Assembly (NCBI GenBank): GCA_039588275.1 | Contig: JBDHAC010000004.1 | Coordinates: 1-64,000, forward strand | From: Gemmatimonadota bacterium | GTDB taxonomy: Bacteria > Gemmatimonadota > Gemmatimonadetes > Palauibacterales > Palauibacteraceae | Reading direction: 5' to 3' | DNA: 64,000 bases | Part shown: positions 26,596-35,372 of the stretch, piece after piece | Position numbering within the stretch: the first letter of the stretch is position 1 | How the letters are laid out: every line of letters begins with the position of its first letter | Made by a program: the position numbers and the translations under genes | The notes under the pieces: model-generated | Told to the model about the DNA's origin: nothing | Database searches by the model: none | What the model saw: the letters and a program-made list of their open reading frames with translations, nothing else

Positions 26596-28284
26596 ATGAC
26601 CGACGAGAGCAGACAGACGGAGGGCGTCCCCGGGGCATCGGAGCCGCCCATCATCGCATCGCTCGTCCACCTGTCGGGTCCGCTGCGGGGCACGACCCAG
26701 CGCCTCACGGATCTGGTCATTCGCATCGGGACGGCGGCAGATGCCGAGGTCCATTTCCCGACCGATCGAGCGCCGAACGTGGGAGAGCACCACGCAACGC
26801 TCACCCGGCAGGAGCGGACCTACGTGATCAGGTCGCTGGACGATCACGAAGTGCGCGTCAACGGCGGGCCGGTGGAGCGCCGCGTCCTCGAGTGCGAGGA
26901 CGTGATCGAGCTCGGCGCGCGGGGTCCCATCCTCCGCTTCCGCTGTGGGGCTCGTTCCCAGGCGCGGCACAAGAGCATGCGCGAAGCGCTCGCCGATTGC
27001 GTCGACTGCGCGCGGGCCACGGGTGACAGCCGAGTGGGCGCCATCTGGGCCTTTCTCCGTACCTTCCCGCATGAGCTGATGACGCAGACGACGCCTCGCA
27101 CACGTGGCGTCGTGGTGGCGATGCTGTTCGTGATGGCGGTGGGCTTCGGGGCCATCTTCCTGTACGGCCTCGGTCTCGAGCGGCGCCTCGCGCGTGAGTC
27201 GGCGCGCGTTTACGACATCGCCGCGCTGCTCGAGGGCGGGGAAGAGGCACTGCCGACCCGACAGGAGCTCGGTCGCATCCGGGCCGATCTCGAGGGGCAG
27301 GTGTCGAGTGCCGTCGAGCGGGTCGAAGCGCTCGAGGCCAGGAGCTCCGCGGCGGAGCGCGTGATCGAGACGGCGGCGCGATCCGTCGTGTTCCTGCAGG
27401 GATCGTACGGCTTCCTACAGCCACCGGATCAGCGTCCGCTCCGCGTGATGCTCGGTCCGGGTGGCCAACCGCTGACCGATGCGCGAGGCAACCCGCTCGC
27501 CAGCCCGGACGCGGACGGACCGCGGTTGGAGCGTCAGTTCACGGGCACCGGCTTCGTGATCACGGAGGGCGGTTTCCTCCTCACGAACCGTCACATCGTC
27601 GTGCCCTGGGATTTCGACCCCACCGCGCGGCGTCTCGTCGAGGCGGGGCTCACGCCGGTCATGTACCGTCTGATCGGATACGTGCCCGATACCGAAGAGC
27701 CGTTCGAGCTCGAGACCGTCGGCGCCAGTGAAAGCGCGGACGTGGCCGTGCTCCGGGCGGATGGCCTCCCGGCCCAGGTCATCCCGCTCGTACTCTCCGA
27801 GGCTCCTCCGCAGCCGGGCGCCGAGGTGCTGGTGCTGGGCTACCCGACGGGGATACGGGCGTTGCTGGCGCGGACCGACCCCGCCTTCGTCGACGAGCTG
27901 ATGCAAACGCCCGGCATCGACTTCTGGGAGGTCGCGCGGCGACTCTCGCAGGCCGGGCACATCGCGCCGCTGGCGACACGCGGGATCGTCGGACAGGTGA
28001 CTTCGACGCACGTCGTGTACGACGCGGAAACGACGCGCGGGGGCAGCGGCGGGCCCGTGCTGGGTCTCGACGATCGAGTGATCGCGGTCAACGCGGCCGT
28101 CCTGAACGAGTTCGGGGGATCGAATCTCGGCGTGCCTGCGGCCGAGGCCTTCGCACTGCTCGAAGCCCTGTCGACTCGGGGTGAGGCGGCGGAGGGTTCC
28201 GAGGACCCTCAAAGGCTTGAGGACCCACAGAGGCCGGGTGCGCACGGCCCGGGGACTCCGGACACCCTTCCAAGGCGCCATTGA
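26596..28284 (+). CDS. FHA-domain / TM / coiled-coil / trypsin-like serine protease
   Basis: N-terminal FHA-like region (IRIG...HHATL...VNG...DVIELG), one TM helix, coiled coil, then triad motifs GTGF...LTNRHIV, ADVAVL, GGSGGPV. Confidence 0.85.
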   Translation: MTDESRQTEGVPGASEPPIIASLVHLSGPLRGTTQRLTDLVIRIGTAADAEVHFPTDRAPNVGEHHATLTRQERTYVIRSLDDHEVRVNGGPVERRVLECEDVIELGARGPILRFRCGARSQARHKSMREALADCVDCARATGDSRVGAIWAFLRTFPHELMTQTTPRTRGVVVAMLFVMAVGFGAIFLYGLGLERRLARESARVYDIAALLEGGEEALPTRQELGRIRADLEGQVSSAVERVEALEARSSAAERVIETAARSVVFLQGSYGFLQPPDQRPLRVMLGPGGQPLTDARGNPLASPDADGPRLERQFTGTGFVITEGGFLLTNRHIVVPWDFDPTARRLVEAGLTPVMYRLIGYVPDTEEPFELETVGASESADVAVLRADGLPAQVIPLVLSEAPPQPGAEVLVLGYPTGIRALLARTDPAFVDELMQTPGIDFWEVARRLSQAGHIAPLATRGIVGQVTSTHVVYDAETTRGGSGGPVLGLDDRVIAVNAAVLNEFGGSNLGVPAAEAFALLEALSTRGEAAEGSEDPQRLEDPQRPGAHGPGTPDTLPRRH

Positions 28285-28442
28285 TGTGTTATATCTCTAC
28301 CATTGTCCGTGACTGCCTTCGCACAGTTCGATAGACACAGACGCGCCGAAACGTCCACGGGCCGTGCTCCGCGGCGCTCGCACGTCGCAACTGACGATCC
28401 CGGGCGGAGTTGTACGCCCGTGATCCCCTGAAAGGAAGATCG

Positions 28443-28847
28443 ATGCCTTCGCCTGCCGACAAGGTAATGACTTTCGTCGAGCGACAGCTCAAGAAAGATC
28501 CAAAGACCCCGAGCCGGAAGCTGTTCGAGCGCGCGAAGAAGATGGATCCCGCAGTCGCGCGGTTAAGCCTCCGACAGTTCCACGCTAAGTACCCGTTACA
28601 GGTGAAGCGGCGGCTCGCCCCGAAACGACGAACGAAGAAGAGAGCGCCAAAGTCTGCCGCCGCTCCCCGGGCCGGACAGGCGCCCGCCCGTCGAGCTGCG
28701 GGGGATGAGGCCGCGATTCGCGGTGTGCTGCTCCGGTTCGCCAAAGATGTGTCGGCGGCGGAGGGCAAGACGGAGACGATCGAGATCCTCGCGAACGTCG
28801 ATCGCTACGTCGCGGACATCATGAAAGCGGCCCGTAGGGTGGGTTGA
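28443..28847 (+). CDS. Small basic hypothetical protein (Lys/Arg-rich)
   Basis: ATG 28443 after GGAAG; high-GC codon usage; LSLRQFHAKYPLQVKRR followed by a K/R/A-rich linker and a helical C-domain. Confidence 0.7.
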   Translation: MPSPADKVMTFVERQLKKDPKTPSRKLFERAKKMDPAVARLSLRQFHAKYPLQVKRRLAPKRRTKKRAPKSAAAPRAGQAPARRAAGDEAAIRGVLLRFAKDVSAAEGKTETIEILANVDRYVADIMKAARRVG

Positions 28848-28860
28848 TACGCGGGGACTA

Positions 28861-28930
28861 GCAGGTCGCCCGACTCTTCAGCGACCTGCACGAGACGAGG
28901 CGCGAGCCCGGAGAGACGACCCGGGCTCGC
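28861..28930. terminator. Two tandem GC-rich hairpins after the small basic gene
   Basis: GCAGGTCGC/GCGACCTGC (28861-28889) and GCGAGCCCGG/CCGGGCTCGC (28902-28930); no adjacent U-tract. Confidence 0.35.
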
Positions 28931-28988
28931 CGACCTCCACGTCACGTTTTCCTTCGCGTCAAACGAGTCCGCTCCATGGGAGGCCACG

Positions 28989-30227
28989 GTGCAGCAATCA
29001 CTGACACTCGGCGGCCAGACGGGGCGCAGGGCGCTCAGCTTCTCGTTTGGCGTCGGCATGATCGTCTCGTCGATCATGACGGTACGGCACTACTTCGCCG
29101 CCAACTTTCCCGAATCCATCTTCGAAGGCTCCTTTTGCGACATCAACGCGTTCTTCAACTGTGACGCTTCGGCATACGCGGTCATATCACAGATAGGCGG
29201 TGTGCCGCTCGGCTATTTCGGCATGTCCGTCGGGCTGCTGGTCGTTATGGGAGCGGTGTTTCCGTCACTGGAGGTCGAGAGGACCAACAAGACGATCGCC
29301 CTGGTGAACGTGATCGGCGTCGTGGCGCTTCTTCTGTATTCCGTGTCTTACATGCGAAGCCTGTGCCTGCTGTGCGCCGGTTTCTACCTGTTCTCTATCG
29401 CCAACTTCGTCCTGTTCTGGCGGTACGGGATCGATCGGGACCAGCCGGGGCTTTTCGCCCGCTACTTTCAGCCTTCCGCGAGGCACGCCCTCGCGTTCGG
29501 AACGGTCATGCTGGGCGGAGCGTACGGCTTCGCCGAGTACCACGAGGCCAGGGAGGAAGCGCAATCAGGTAGCGTCGCCGCCCGCGTGGTGGAGGAGTTC
29601 TACAGCCTGCCGACGGTGGAGTGGCCCAGCTTCATCTCTCCGTATTGGACCATGAGGTCGACCGAGAACTTCGAGGACGCACCGATCCGGATCGTCGAGT
29701 ACGTCGACCTCCTGTGCCCGGACTGCCTGTATCTCGCGGAGCAGATGGAGCGAGCGGCGCAGGACTTTCACGGGAAGATCAACCTCGCGTATCAGCTCTT
29801 CCCGTTGGAGGCGGCGTGCAACGACGTGGTCGAAAAGGACCTGCACCCGGGCGCCTGCGATGTCTCGTACATGGCCGCGTACGACCCCGACAAGTTCCAT
29901 GACATTCAGGAGGACATCTGGGCCAACTTTCGAGCGGCCCGCACACCCGAAGGGCGTGAGGAGCTTGCCCGGAAGTACCAGGTCGACGCTGCGCTGACCG
30001 ACTCGGCCACGATCCACCTCGTGCGCCGGATGATCGAGACGGGCCGCGAGTACGAAAAGACGTCGGAGGAGTACTCGCACGGCATCCGGTCGACGCCGAC
30101 GATGATCGTCAACAACCGCATGATCATCGGCACGTTCCCCTACGAGCAGCTCAAAGCCATCTTCCAGGCGCTCGTGGATGAGCACGAGGGCGGAGGCCGG
30201 TTCATGGAGAACTGGGTGGAGGAGTAG
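28989..30227 (+). CDS. VKOR-domain / DsbA-like thioredoxin fusion
   Basis: VKOR loop cysteines CDINAFFNC and redox CLLC in a TM region; C-terminal thioredoxin fold with DLLCPDC and GIRSTPT (cis-Pro loop). GTG start after GGAGG. Confidence 0.88.
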   Translation: MQQSLTLGGQTGRRALSFSFGVGMIVSSIMTVRHYFAANFPESIFEGSFCDINAFFNCDASAYAVISQIGGVPLGYFGMSVGLLVVMGAVFPSLEVERTNKTIALVNVIGVVALLLYSVSYMRSLCLLCAGFYLFSIANFVLFWRYGIDRDQPGLFARYFQPSARHALAFGTVMLGGAYGFAEYHEAREEAQSGSVAARVVEEFYSLPTVEWPSFISPYWTMRSTENFEDAPIRIVEYVDLLCPDCLYLAEQMERAAQDFHGKINLAYQLFPLEAACNDVVEKDLHPGACDVSYMAAYDPDKFHDIQEDIWANFRAARTPEGREELARKYQVDAALTDSATIHLVRRMIETGREYEKTSEEYSHGIRSTPTMIVNNRMIIGTFPYEQLKAIFQALVDEHEGGGRFMENWVEE

Positions 30228-31113
30228 GAGGCTGCTGACGAACCCGAGTGGGCCGCGCGCCCATCGAAGGAGAGTCACGACGCGGCTGGCATGGGTCGGA
30301 GCCTTCGCGGCGCTGTTGTACGCCCCGCTCGACGGACACGGGCAAGCGCGGCGCGATCCGGTCCTGCAGCCGGTATCGGCGGTGAAGGCGCGGACCATCC
30401 TTCTCGGCGCGGGCCTGGCCTGGGGGTCGGACCGCTCGTTCCCTCTCTCCGGACTCGAAGGCAATCTTCTCTCGATAGGGCGTCTGAGTCTCGCCTACGC
30501 GCTCGCCGACCGGGTCCTCCTCGAAATCCGGGGCGACGTGTGGCAAACGCTGTGGGTGGATGAGGCCGACCCTCCTCCAATCCCACTCGACTCCGATGCG
30601 CAGGACGGCCGCACAGGGGATGTCGGCGATTTTCGCATCGGCTTGCTCCTCGCGCCGATCGGGGGTGAGCGCGGCTTCTCGGCCGGGGCACACGTGGAGG
30701 TGAAGCTCCCAAACTCGAACGAGGCGAAAGGGATCGGATCCAACACGACGGATGTGCGGCTCGCTCTACTCGGTTCGTACGGGGCTCCCCGTTGGCGCGC
30801 GACCGTCAGCCTCGGGGTCGGGATCCTCGAGGCCCCGGTGGAGAGCTTCGAGCAGAACGACGTCTTTCTGTATGCGGGCGAGCTGCTCTATCGGGTGGGG
30901 TCGGGCTTGCGGCTCGCCCTCGGTCTGGAAGGCCGTGCCAGCACCCGTGATCGGGTCCCTCTCGGGACCGAGGACCTCGGCGAGGTCGTCATCGGGGCGG
31001 ACTATCGGCTCGGATCCTGGCTCCTGGATGTGGGCCTGACCCGGGGACTCGTGGAGGACTCGTCGGAGTGGGGCGTGAGGGCGGGGTGGGCATACGCGGC
31101 CGGTGGGCCCTGA
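30178..31113 (+). CDS. Putative outer-membrane beta-barrel protein (true start probably about 30232-30290)
   Basis: Signal-like segment; amphipathic beta-strands; GDVGDFRIG, VKLPNS...GIGSNTTD; C-terminal WGVRAGWAY. Confidence 0.6.
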   Translation: MSTRAEAGSWRTGWRSRRLLTNPSGPRAHRRRVTTRLAWVGAFAALLYAPLDGHGQARRDPVLQPVSAVKARTILLGAGLAWGSDRSFPLSGLEGNLLSIGRLSLAYALADRVLLEIRGDVWQTLWVDEADPPPIPLDSDAQDGRTGDVGDFRIGLLLAPIGGERGFSAGAHVEVKLPNSNEAKGIGSNTTDVRLALLGSYGAPRWRATVSLGVGILEAPVESFEQNDVFLYAGELLYRVGSGLRLALGLEGRASTRDRVPLGTEDLGEVVIGADYRLGSWLLDVGLTRGLVEDSSEWGVRAGWAYAAGGP

Positions 31114-31158
31114 GGCGCCGGTCATGCTCGAGGCTACCCGGGCCGGTCGTGAATCGCG

Positions 31159-33249
31159 TCAGGGCTGCCCCCCACCTCCGACCGACCGGTCGATCCCGAG
31201 CACGAGCCCGGCCGCCAGCGTCGTGAAGGACTCGCTCCCACCCGGAGGTCGTTGGTGCCTCACGAAGATTTGGAAGCGACTCGAAGCCCCGAGATCGGCC
31301 GATAGACGGAACTGGCCCTCGAGCAGGGACCCGCTCAGGTCGTCGGACTGGCTCTCCACCGACCCGTATCCGAACACCGGCTCGATCTCGAGCGGACCGA
31401 CGGGGCGGTACGCGAACCCGAGGTAGCCCCGCACTTCGCTCTCCGCGATCCGTCGGTCGTCGAGCACCGTGACCGTCTCACCGAAGTATACGGCTGGCCG
31501 TACCGCGAAACGATCGCTCGCCTGGATGTCGGCCCTCCCGTAGCCGACCCAATCGTCCCGGTCGAACCACCGTCCCAGGTACCCGCCGAACGCGATTTCA
31601 CCGCGACCCTGCGTGAGCTTGACCGCTTGCTCCCCGTGGTAGACGTACTCGAACAGATCCCCCGCCTGGTTCCTCCGCCCGGCCTCGAACGAGGTGATCA
31701 GACGACGATCCTGGCCCCAGGCGAGCGCCAGCCCTCCGAAGTAGGACTCCAGATCCTGAGTGCGGCGGACGAACAACGGGTTGTGGAGTCCGAGCGCGTT
31801 GTCGTATCGACCCCATATGCGCAGGAACGGGAACGGCCAGATGGACGCCTCGACCATGATGGTCCCCGTCGTCTCGCCGGTCTCGATCGCCGTGCCGCCC
31901 CAGATGTCCAGCTGCAGCCATGGAGGCAGGCTCGGGAGGGACGCGAGCTGGGCGTCGACCTGCTCCGAGAGCTCGGGGTCAAGCTCGAGCGCGCGGCGGA
32001 AGGCGGCGCGAGCCTCGTCCATCTCACCGGCCGCTGCCCACGCGCGCCCCAGCTCGAACCAGGCCTCGGCGTCGTCGGGGTCGAGCGAGACGGCCCCCTG
32101 ATACAGCCGTAGGGCTCCCTCGGCGTCTCCGCTCGCGAGCGCCTCGGCCGCCAGCTGCTTCCGCTGGAGGACGATCGCCGCTGTCTCACCCGCCTCCTCC
32201 ACCGCCTGCTCGATCTGGGGTTGGCGCTCATCTGCGGGATCGGGCGCCGCCTCCTCCGGGTCGCCGGCGGTCGGTGGGCCCTGCTCTTCGGGTTCCGGTG
32301 CCTCGGCTATCGCCGTAACGGGGGACGGCATCACCGGCAACGAAGCCAGCGTGAGGCCATCGCTCTGCACTTCCAGGACGTAGCGTGCCAGCTCCGCGGT
32401 CGCCGGGACCGTGAACAGCACGGTTCCGCTCGCGTCAGCCGTGCGCGTCGACTCCTGCACGGGTGGCGGAGTGCCCACGAGCCCGCGGGAAGTCGCCCGA
32501 GCACGAAGCGTCAGAACGGCGTTGGGAACGCGGTTCCCGTACCTGTCGAACGCGACCGCCGACACCTCGAGGGTCCCGGTGGGCTCGTCCGGGAGGACGA
32601 GCCGATCCGGCTCGACTTCGACCCGCGCGGGTGAGCCCGCTGCGACATCCAGCACTACCCCTACCGGGCCGGTCAACGATTCGCCCACCGCGGTGACCAC
32701 GAGCGAATGGCTTGCCGCCCCGGTCCCGGCCGGAACTCGAAATCGGGCCTGGCCCTGAGCGTCGGTGGTCGCGCGCATGGTGCTGGCCAGGCCGCCGGGG
32801 ATGTTCTCGGTGCCTCTCAGGACCAGTTGTACCCCTGCTCGCGGACCCTCAGGGCCGCGCAGCTGCACCGTCAGCGTCGCGGTGCCGCCAACGCGGGCAG
32901 CCAACCTCGGCGTGGAGAGGCTGATGAGAAGCGGCGTGGGCTCAGCGGGAGTGGGTGGAGGTGACGCGCACGCGTCGATCGCGGCCAGGATCGTCGCATC
33001 AGCACCGAGCTGCCGCAGATCGGCAAGGTCACGAGCGCTGGGCTCGAAGCTCAGGCAACTGCGCTGGACTATGGCCACCACTTCGGGACGGGTATACGTC
33101 CCGCCGCTCAGGAGGCGGGTCAGATCGCTCTTCGAGAGCGGTGCCGGACGCCGGGCGCCGGGGTCCTGGCCCTGGGCGAGCCCCGGACACGCCGCCAGTA
33201 CGGCGAAGAGAATCGCGGCGCCGCGCAGCATACCGACCGATCGGGTCAC
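31159..33249 (-). CDS. Secreted multidomain protein: small helical N-domain, Ig-like (Big_1-like) domains, TPRs and C-terminal beta-barrel-like region
   Basis: Signal peptide; Ig motifs ATTDAQGQARF and AFDRYGNRVP...TADASGTVLF; TPRs (YQGAVSLDPDDAEAWFELG...AFRRALELDP); ~250-aa aromatic/Gly-rich amphipathic C-terminus. GTG start overlaps the upstream stop (GTGA). Confidence 0.7.
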   Translation of the reverse strand: MTRSVGMLRGAAILFAVLAACPGLAQGQDPGARRPAPLSKSDLTRLLSGGTYTRPEVVAIVQRSCLSFEPSARDLADLRQLGADATILAAIDACASPPPTPAEPTPLLISLSTPRLAARVGGTATLTVQLRGPEGPRAGVQLVLRGTENIPGGLASTMRATTDAQGQARFRVPAGTGAASHSLVVTAVGESLTGPVGVVLDVAAGSPARVEVEPDRLVLPDEPTGTLEVSAVAFDRYGNRVPNAVLTLRARATSRGLVGTPPPVQESTRTADASGTVLFTVPATAELARYVLEVQSDGLTLASLPVMPSPVTAIAEAPEPEEQGPPTAGDPEEAAPDPADERQPQIEQAVEEAGETAAIVLQRKQLAAEALASGDAEGALRLYQGAVSLDPDDAEAWFELGRAWAAAGEMDEARAAFRRALELDPELSEQVDAQLASLPSLPPWLQLDIWGGTAIETGETTGTIMVEASIWPFPFLRIWGRYDNALGLHNPLFVRRTQDLESYFGGLALAWGQDRRLITSFEAGRRNQAGDLFEYVYHGEQAVKLTQGRGEIAFGGYLGRWFDRDDWVGYGRADIQASDRFAVRPAVYFGETVTVLDDRRIAESEVRGYLGFAYRPVGPLEIEPVFGYGSVESQSDDLSGSLLEGQFRLSADLGASSRFQIFVRHQRPPGGSESFTTLAAGLVLGIDRSVGGGGQP

Positions 33250-35372
33250 GGCACGATCCGTAGCCGCGTGGGTGGCGCGGGTGGAGTCGTGTCGGCCACC
33301 CGCGGCGTCGTGACGTTTACCGCGGCGCTTCGTGCGCTCTCGAGGCCCGCGCCGTTGACGGCCGAGACCTGGTAGCTGTACTGCGTGTTCGCGACCACCG
33401 TCGTGTCCGCGAACGTCGTCGTAGTGCTCGTGGCCCTGACTGCTCCGTTTCGGTAGATGCGATAGCTAGCGACGCCCGACTCGGGGTCCGTCGCGGCGCT
33501 CCACGTCAAAGTAACGCGTGTGGGCCCCTCAGGCGTGACAACGAGTCCGGCCGGCACCGTCGGCGGCGAAGTATCCGCCGAGGCGGGCGTCGTGATGCTC
33601 AGCGGGGCGCTGCGCGCGCTCTCGATTCCCTCGCCGTTGATGGCGGAGATCTGGTAGCTGTAGGTCGTGCTCGCCTGTAGGCCGGCATCCATGAAACTCG
33701 TGCTTGTGCTCGACCCGACGCGCGCGCCGTCGCGATAGATGTTGTAGCTGTCCACGCCGGACTCGGGGTCGCTTGAAGCGCTCCAGGTGAGGGTGACGCT
33801 CGTCGGAGACGTCGCGCTCGCCGCCAGGTCGGCAGGTACCGTAGGCGGCGTCGTGTCGGCCGGAGCCGGTGTGGTCACGCTTACCGCGGTGCTCAGACCA
33901 CTCTCCAGGCCCTCTCCGTTCACCGCGGAAACCTGATAACGGTACGTGTTTCCACCCCGCACGCCGCCGTCCGTGAAGGTCGTGTTCGTGCTCGACCCGA
34001 CGCGCGCGCCGTCGCGGTAGATGTTGTAGCTGTCCACGCCGGACTCGGGGTCGCTTGAAGCGCTCCAGGTGAGGGTGACGCTCGTCGGAGACGTCGCGCT
34101 CGCCGCCAGTCCCGTGGGCACCGTAGGTGGCGTGGTGTCGGGCGGGGGGAGCGTGGTGACCACGACGGTCGCCGTAGGCGGACCCTCCAGTCCGTCCCCG
34201 TTTACGGCTGTCACCTGATAGCTGTATTGCGTGGAGCCGGTAAGCCCCGTGTCGCTGAACGAAGTGGTCGTGCTGGAGCCGACGATGCTGCCATCGCGGT
34301 AGATGTTGTAGCTGGCCACGCCGGACTCCGGATCGCTGGCGGCCGTCCACGTGAGAGCGACCCGATCGTGAGCAACGGCCTGCGCCGCGAGTCCGGAGGG
34401 CGCGGTTGGCGGGGTATCGTCGGCCGTCTGAACCGTCACGGAGGCGCTCAGGGCACCTTCGGTGCCGGCCCCGTTCACGGCGGAGACCTCGTAGGTGTAC
34501 GTCGTGTTCCCGCTCAACCCCGTGTCCGAGAAGGTCGTGGTCGTGTTGGAGCCCACGATGGCGCCATCGCGGTAGATGTTGTAGCTGTCCACGCCGGATT
34601 CGGGGTCCGAGGCCGCCGTCCACGAGAGATCCACCTGTGTCGCCCCGGCGGCAATGGCGGCCAGCGCGGTCGGGGCCGTCGGCGGCGTGTTGTCGAACGT
34701 GGTCGCCAGGATCCGGACGCTCAGCGCTCCCTCGAGACCCTCTCCGTTCACCGCGCTGACCTGGTACGAATAGGTCTGGTTCACCTGCAGCCCCGTGTCG
34801 GAAAAGGTCGTGGTGGAGCTCGACCCGACCTGTGCTCCGTCGCGGTAGATGTTGTAGCTGGCGATGCCCGTCTCTGGGTCCGAGGCCGGCGCCCACCGGA
34901 GGTCCACGCTCGTGGCCCCGATCGAAGTGGCCGTCAGGCCAGTCGGTTGCGTGGGAGGCGTAATGTCGGGGAGTGGCGTGGTGACGGTGGTGGGCGGGGT
35001 GCTGCGCGGTCCTTCCTGATCCAGCGAATCCACCGCCGAAACGCGGTACGAGTAGGTCGTGACCGGCTGAACCGTCGTATCGATGAAGCTGGTCGTCGTG
35101 GACGTGAAGACCGGACCGTCCCCCCGGTAGATGACATAGTGCTTCACGGGTGGCTGGCTGACCACCGCATCCCACGTGATCCGGACGCGACGGCTGCTGA
35201 GCGCCGTGGCTGCCACGTTGCGCGGTTTGCTGGGCGCAACGGTGGTGCGGTCCGCGTCGGGAGAGGCCCCGGAGCGCGGTGCCGGCGCCGCCCCTGCAAG
35301 CACAACGGTCAGGAGCACGAGCCCGAGCGCCATCCGGGATTCCGGTCTCCACGCCCCGCCGAGCCCGCTCAT
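33246..35372 (-). CDS. Secreted protein of seven tandem fibronectin type III domains with a C-terminal orphan FN3 A-strand
   Basis: ATG 35372 overlaps the upstream stop (alternative start 35333); hydrophobic signal; seven ~92-aa repeats, repeats 2-7 reading DxxPPTxPxxL...W...DPExG..SYxIYRxG...YxVxAVN and repeat 1 more divergent; ends DTTPPAPPTRLRIVP*. Confidence 0.9.
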   Translation of the reverse strand: MSGLGGAWRPESRMALGLVLLTVVLAGAAPAPRSGASPDADRTTVAPSKPRNVAATALSSRRVRITWDAVVSQPPVKHYVIYRGDGPVFTSTTTSFIDTTVQPVTTYSYRVSAVDSLDQEGPRSTPPTTVTTPLPDITPPTQPTGLTATSIGATSVDLRWAPASDPETGIASYNIYRDGAQVGSSSTTTFSDTGLQVNQTYSYQVSAVNGEGLEGALSVRILATTFDNTPPTAPTALAAIAAGATQVDLSWTAASDPESGVDSYNIYRDGAIVGSNTTTTFSDTGLSGNTTYTYEVSAVNGAGTEGALSASVTVQTADDTPPTAPSGLAAQAVAHDRVALTWTAASDPESGVASYNIYRDGSIVGSSTTTSFSDTGLTGSTQYSYQVTAVNGDGLEGPPTATVVVTTLPPPDTTPPTVPTGLAASATSPTSVTLTWSASSDPESGVDSYNIYRDGARVGSSTNTTFTDGGVRGGNTYRYQVSAVNGEGLESGLSTAVSVTTPAPADTTPPTVPADLAASATSPTSVTLTWSASSDPESGVDSYNIYRDGARVGSSTSTSFMDAGLQASTTYSYQISAINGEGIESARSAPLSITTPASADTSPPTVPAGLVVTPEGPTRVTLTWSAATDPESGVASYRIYRNGAVRATSTTTTFADTTVVANTQYSYQVSAVNGAGLESARSAAVNVTTPRVADTTPPAPPTRLRIVP
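33706..34109. repeat. Near-perfect 122-bp direct repeat (33706-33827 and 33988-34109) within FN3 repeats 5 and 6
   Basis: Copies are offset by 282 bp and differ at one position (cgcgAtagat vs cgcgGtagat) by manual comparison. Confidence 0.9.

Noticed and set aside
28201..28233. Short tandem repeat encoding EDPQRL-EDPQR
   Set aside because: Two degenerate copies in a disordered C-terminal tail; no evidence of function.
33300..35230. Regular ~280-bp periodic repeats considered as CRISPR or another DNA array
   Set aside because: They are in-frame FN3 coding repeats with no unique spacers, and no cas genes are present.
33529..35352. 607-aa alternative-frame ORF with repeated GQLQHLPR motifs
   Set aside because: The repeats are the frameshifted image of the FN3 repeats on the same strand.
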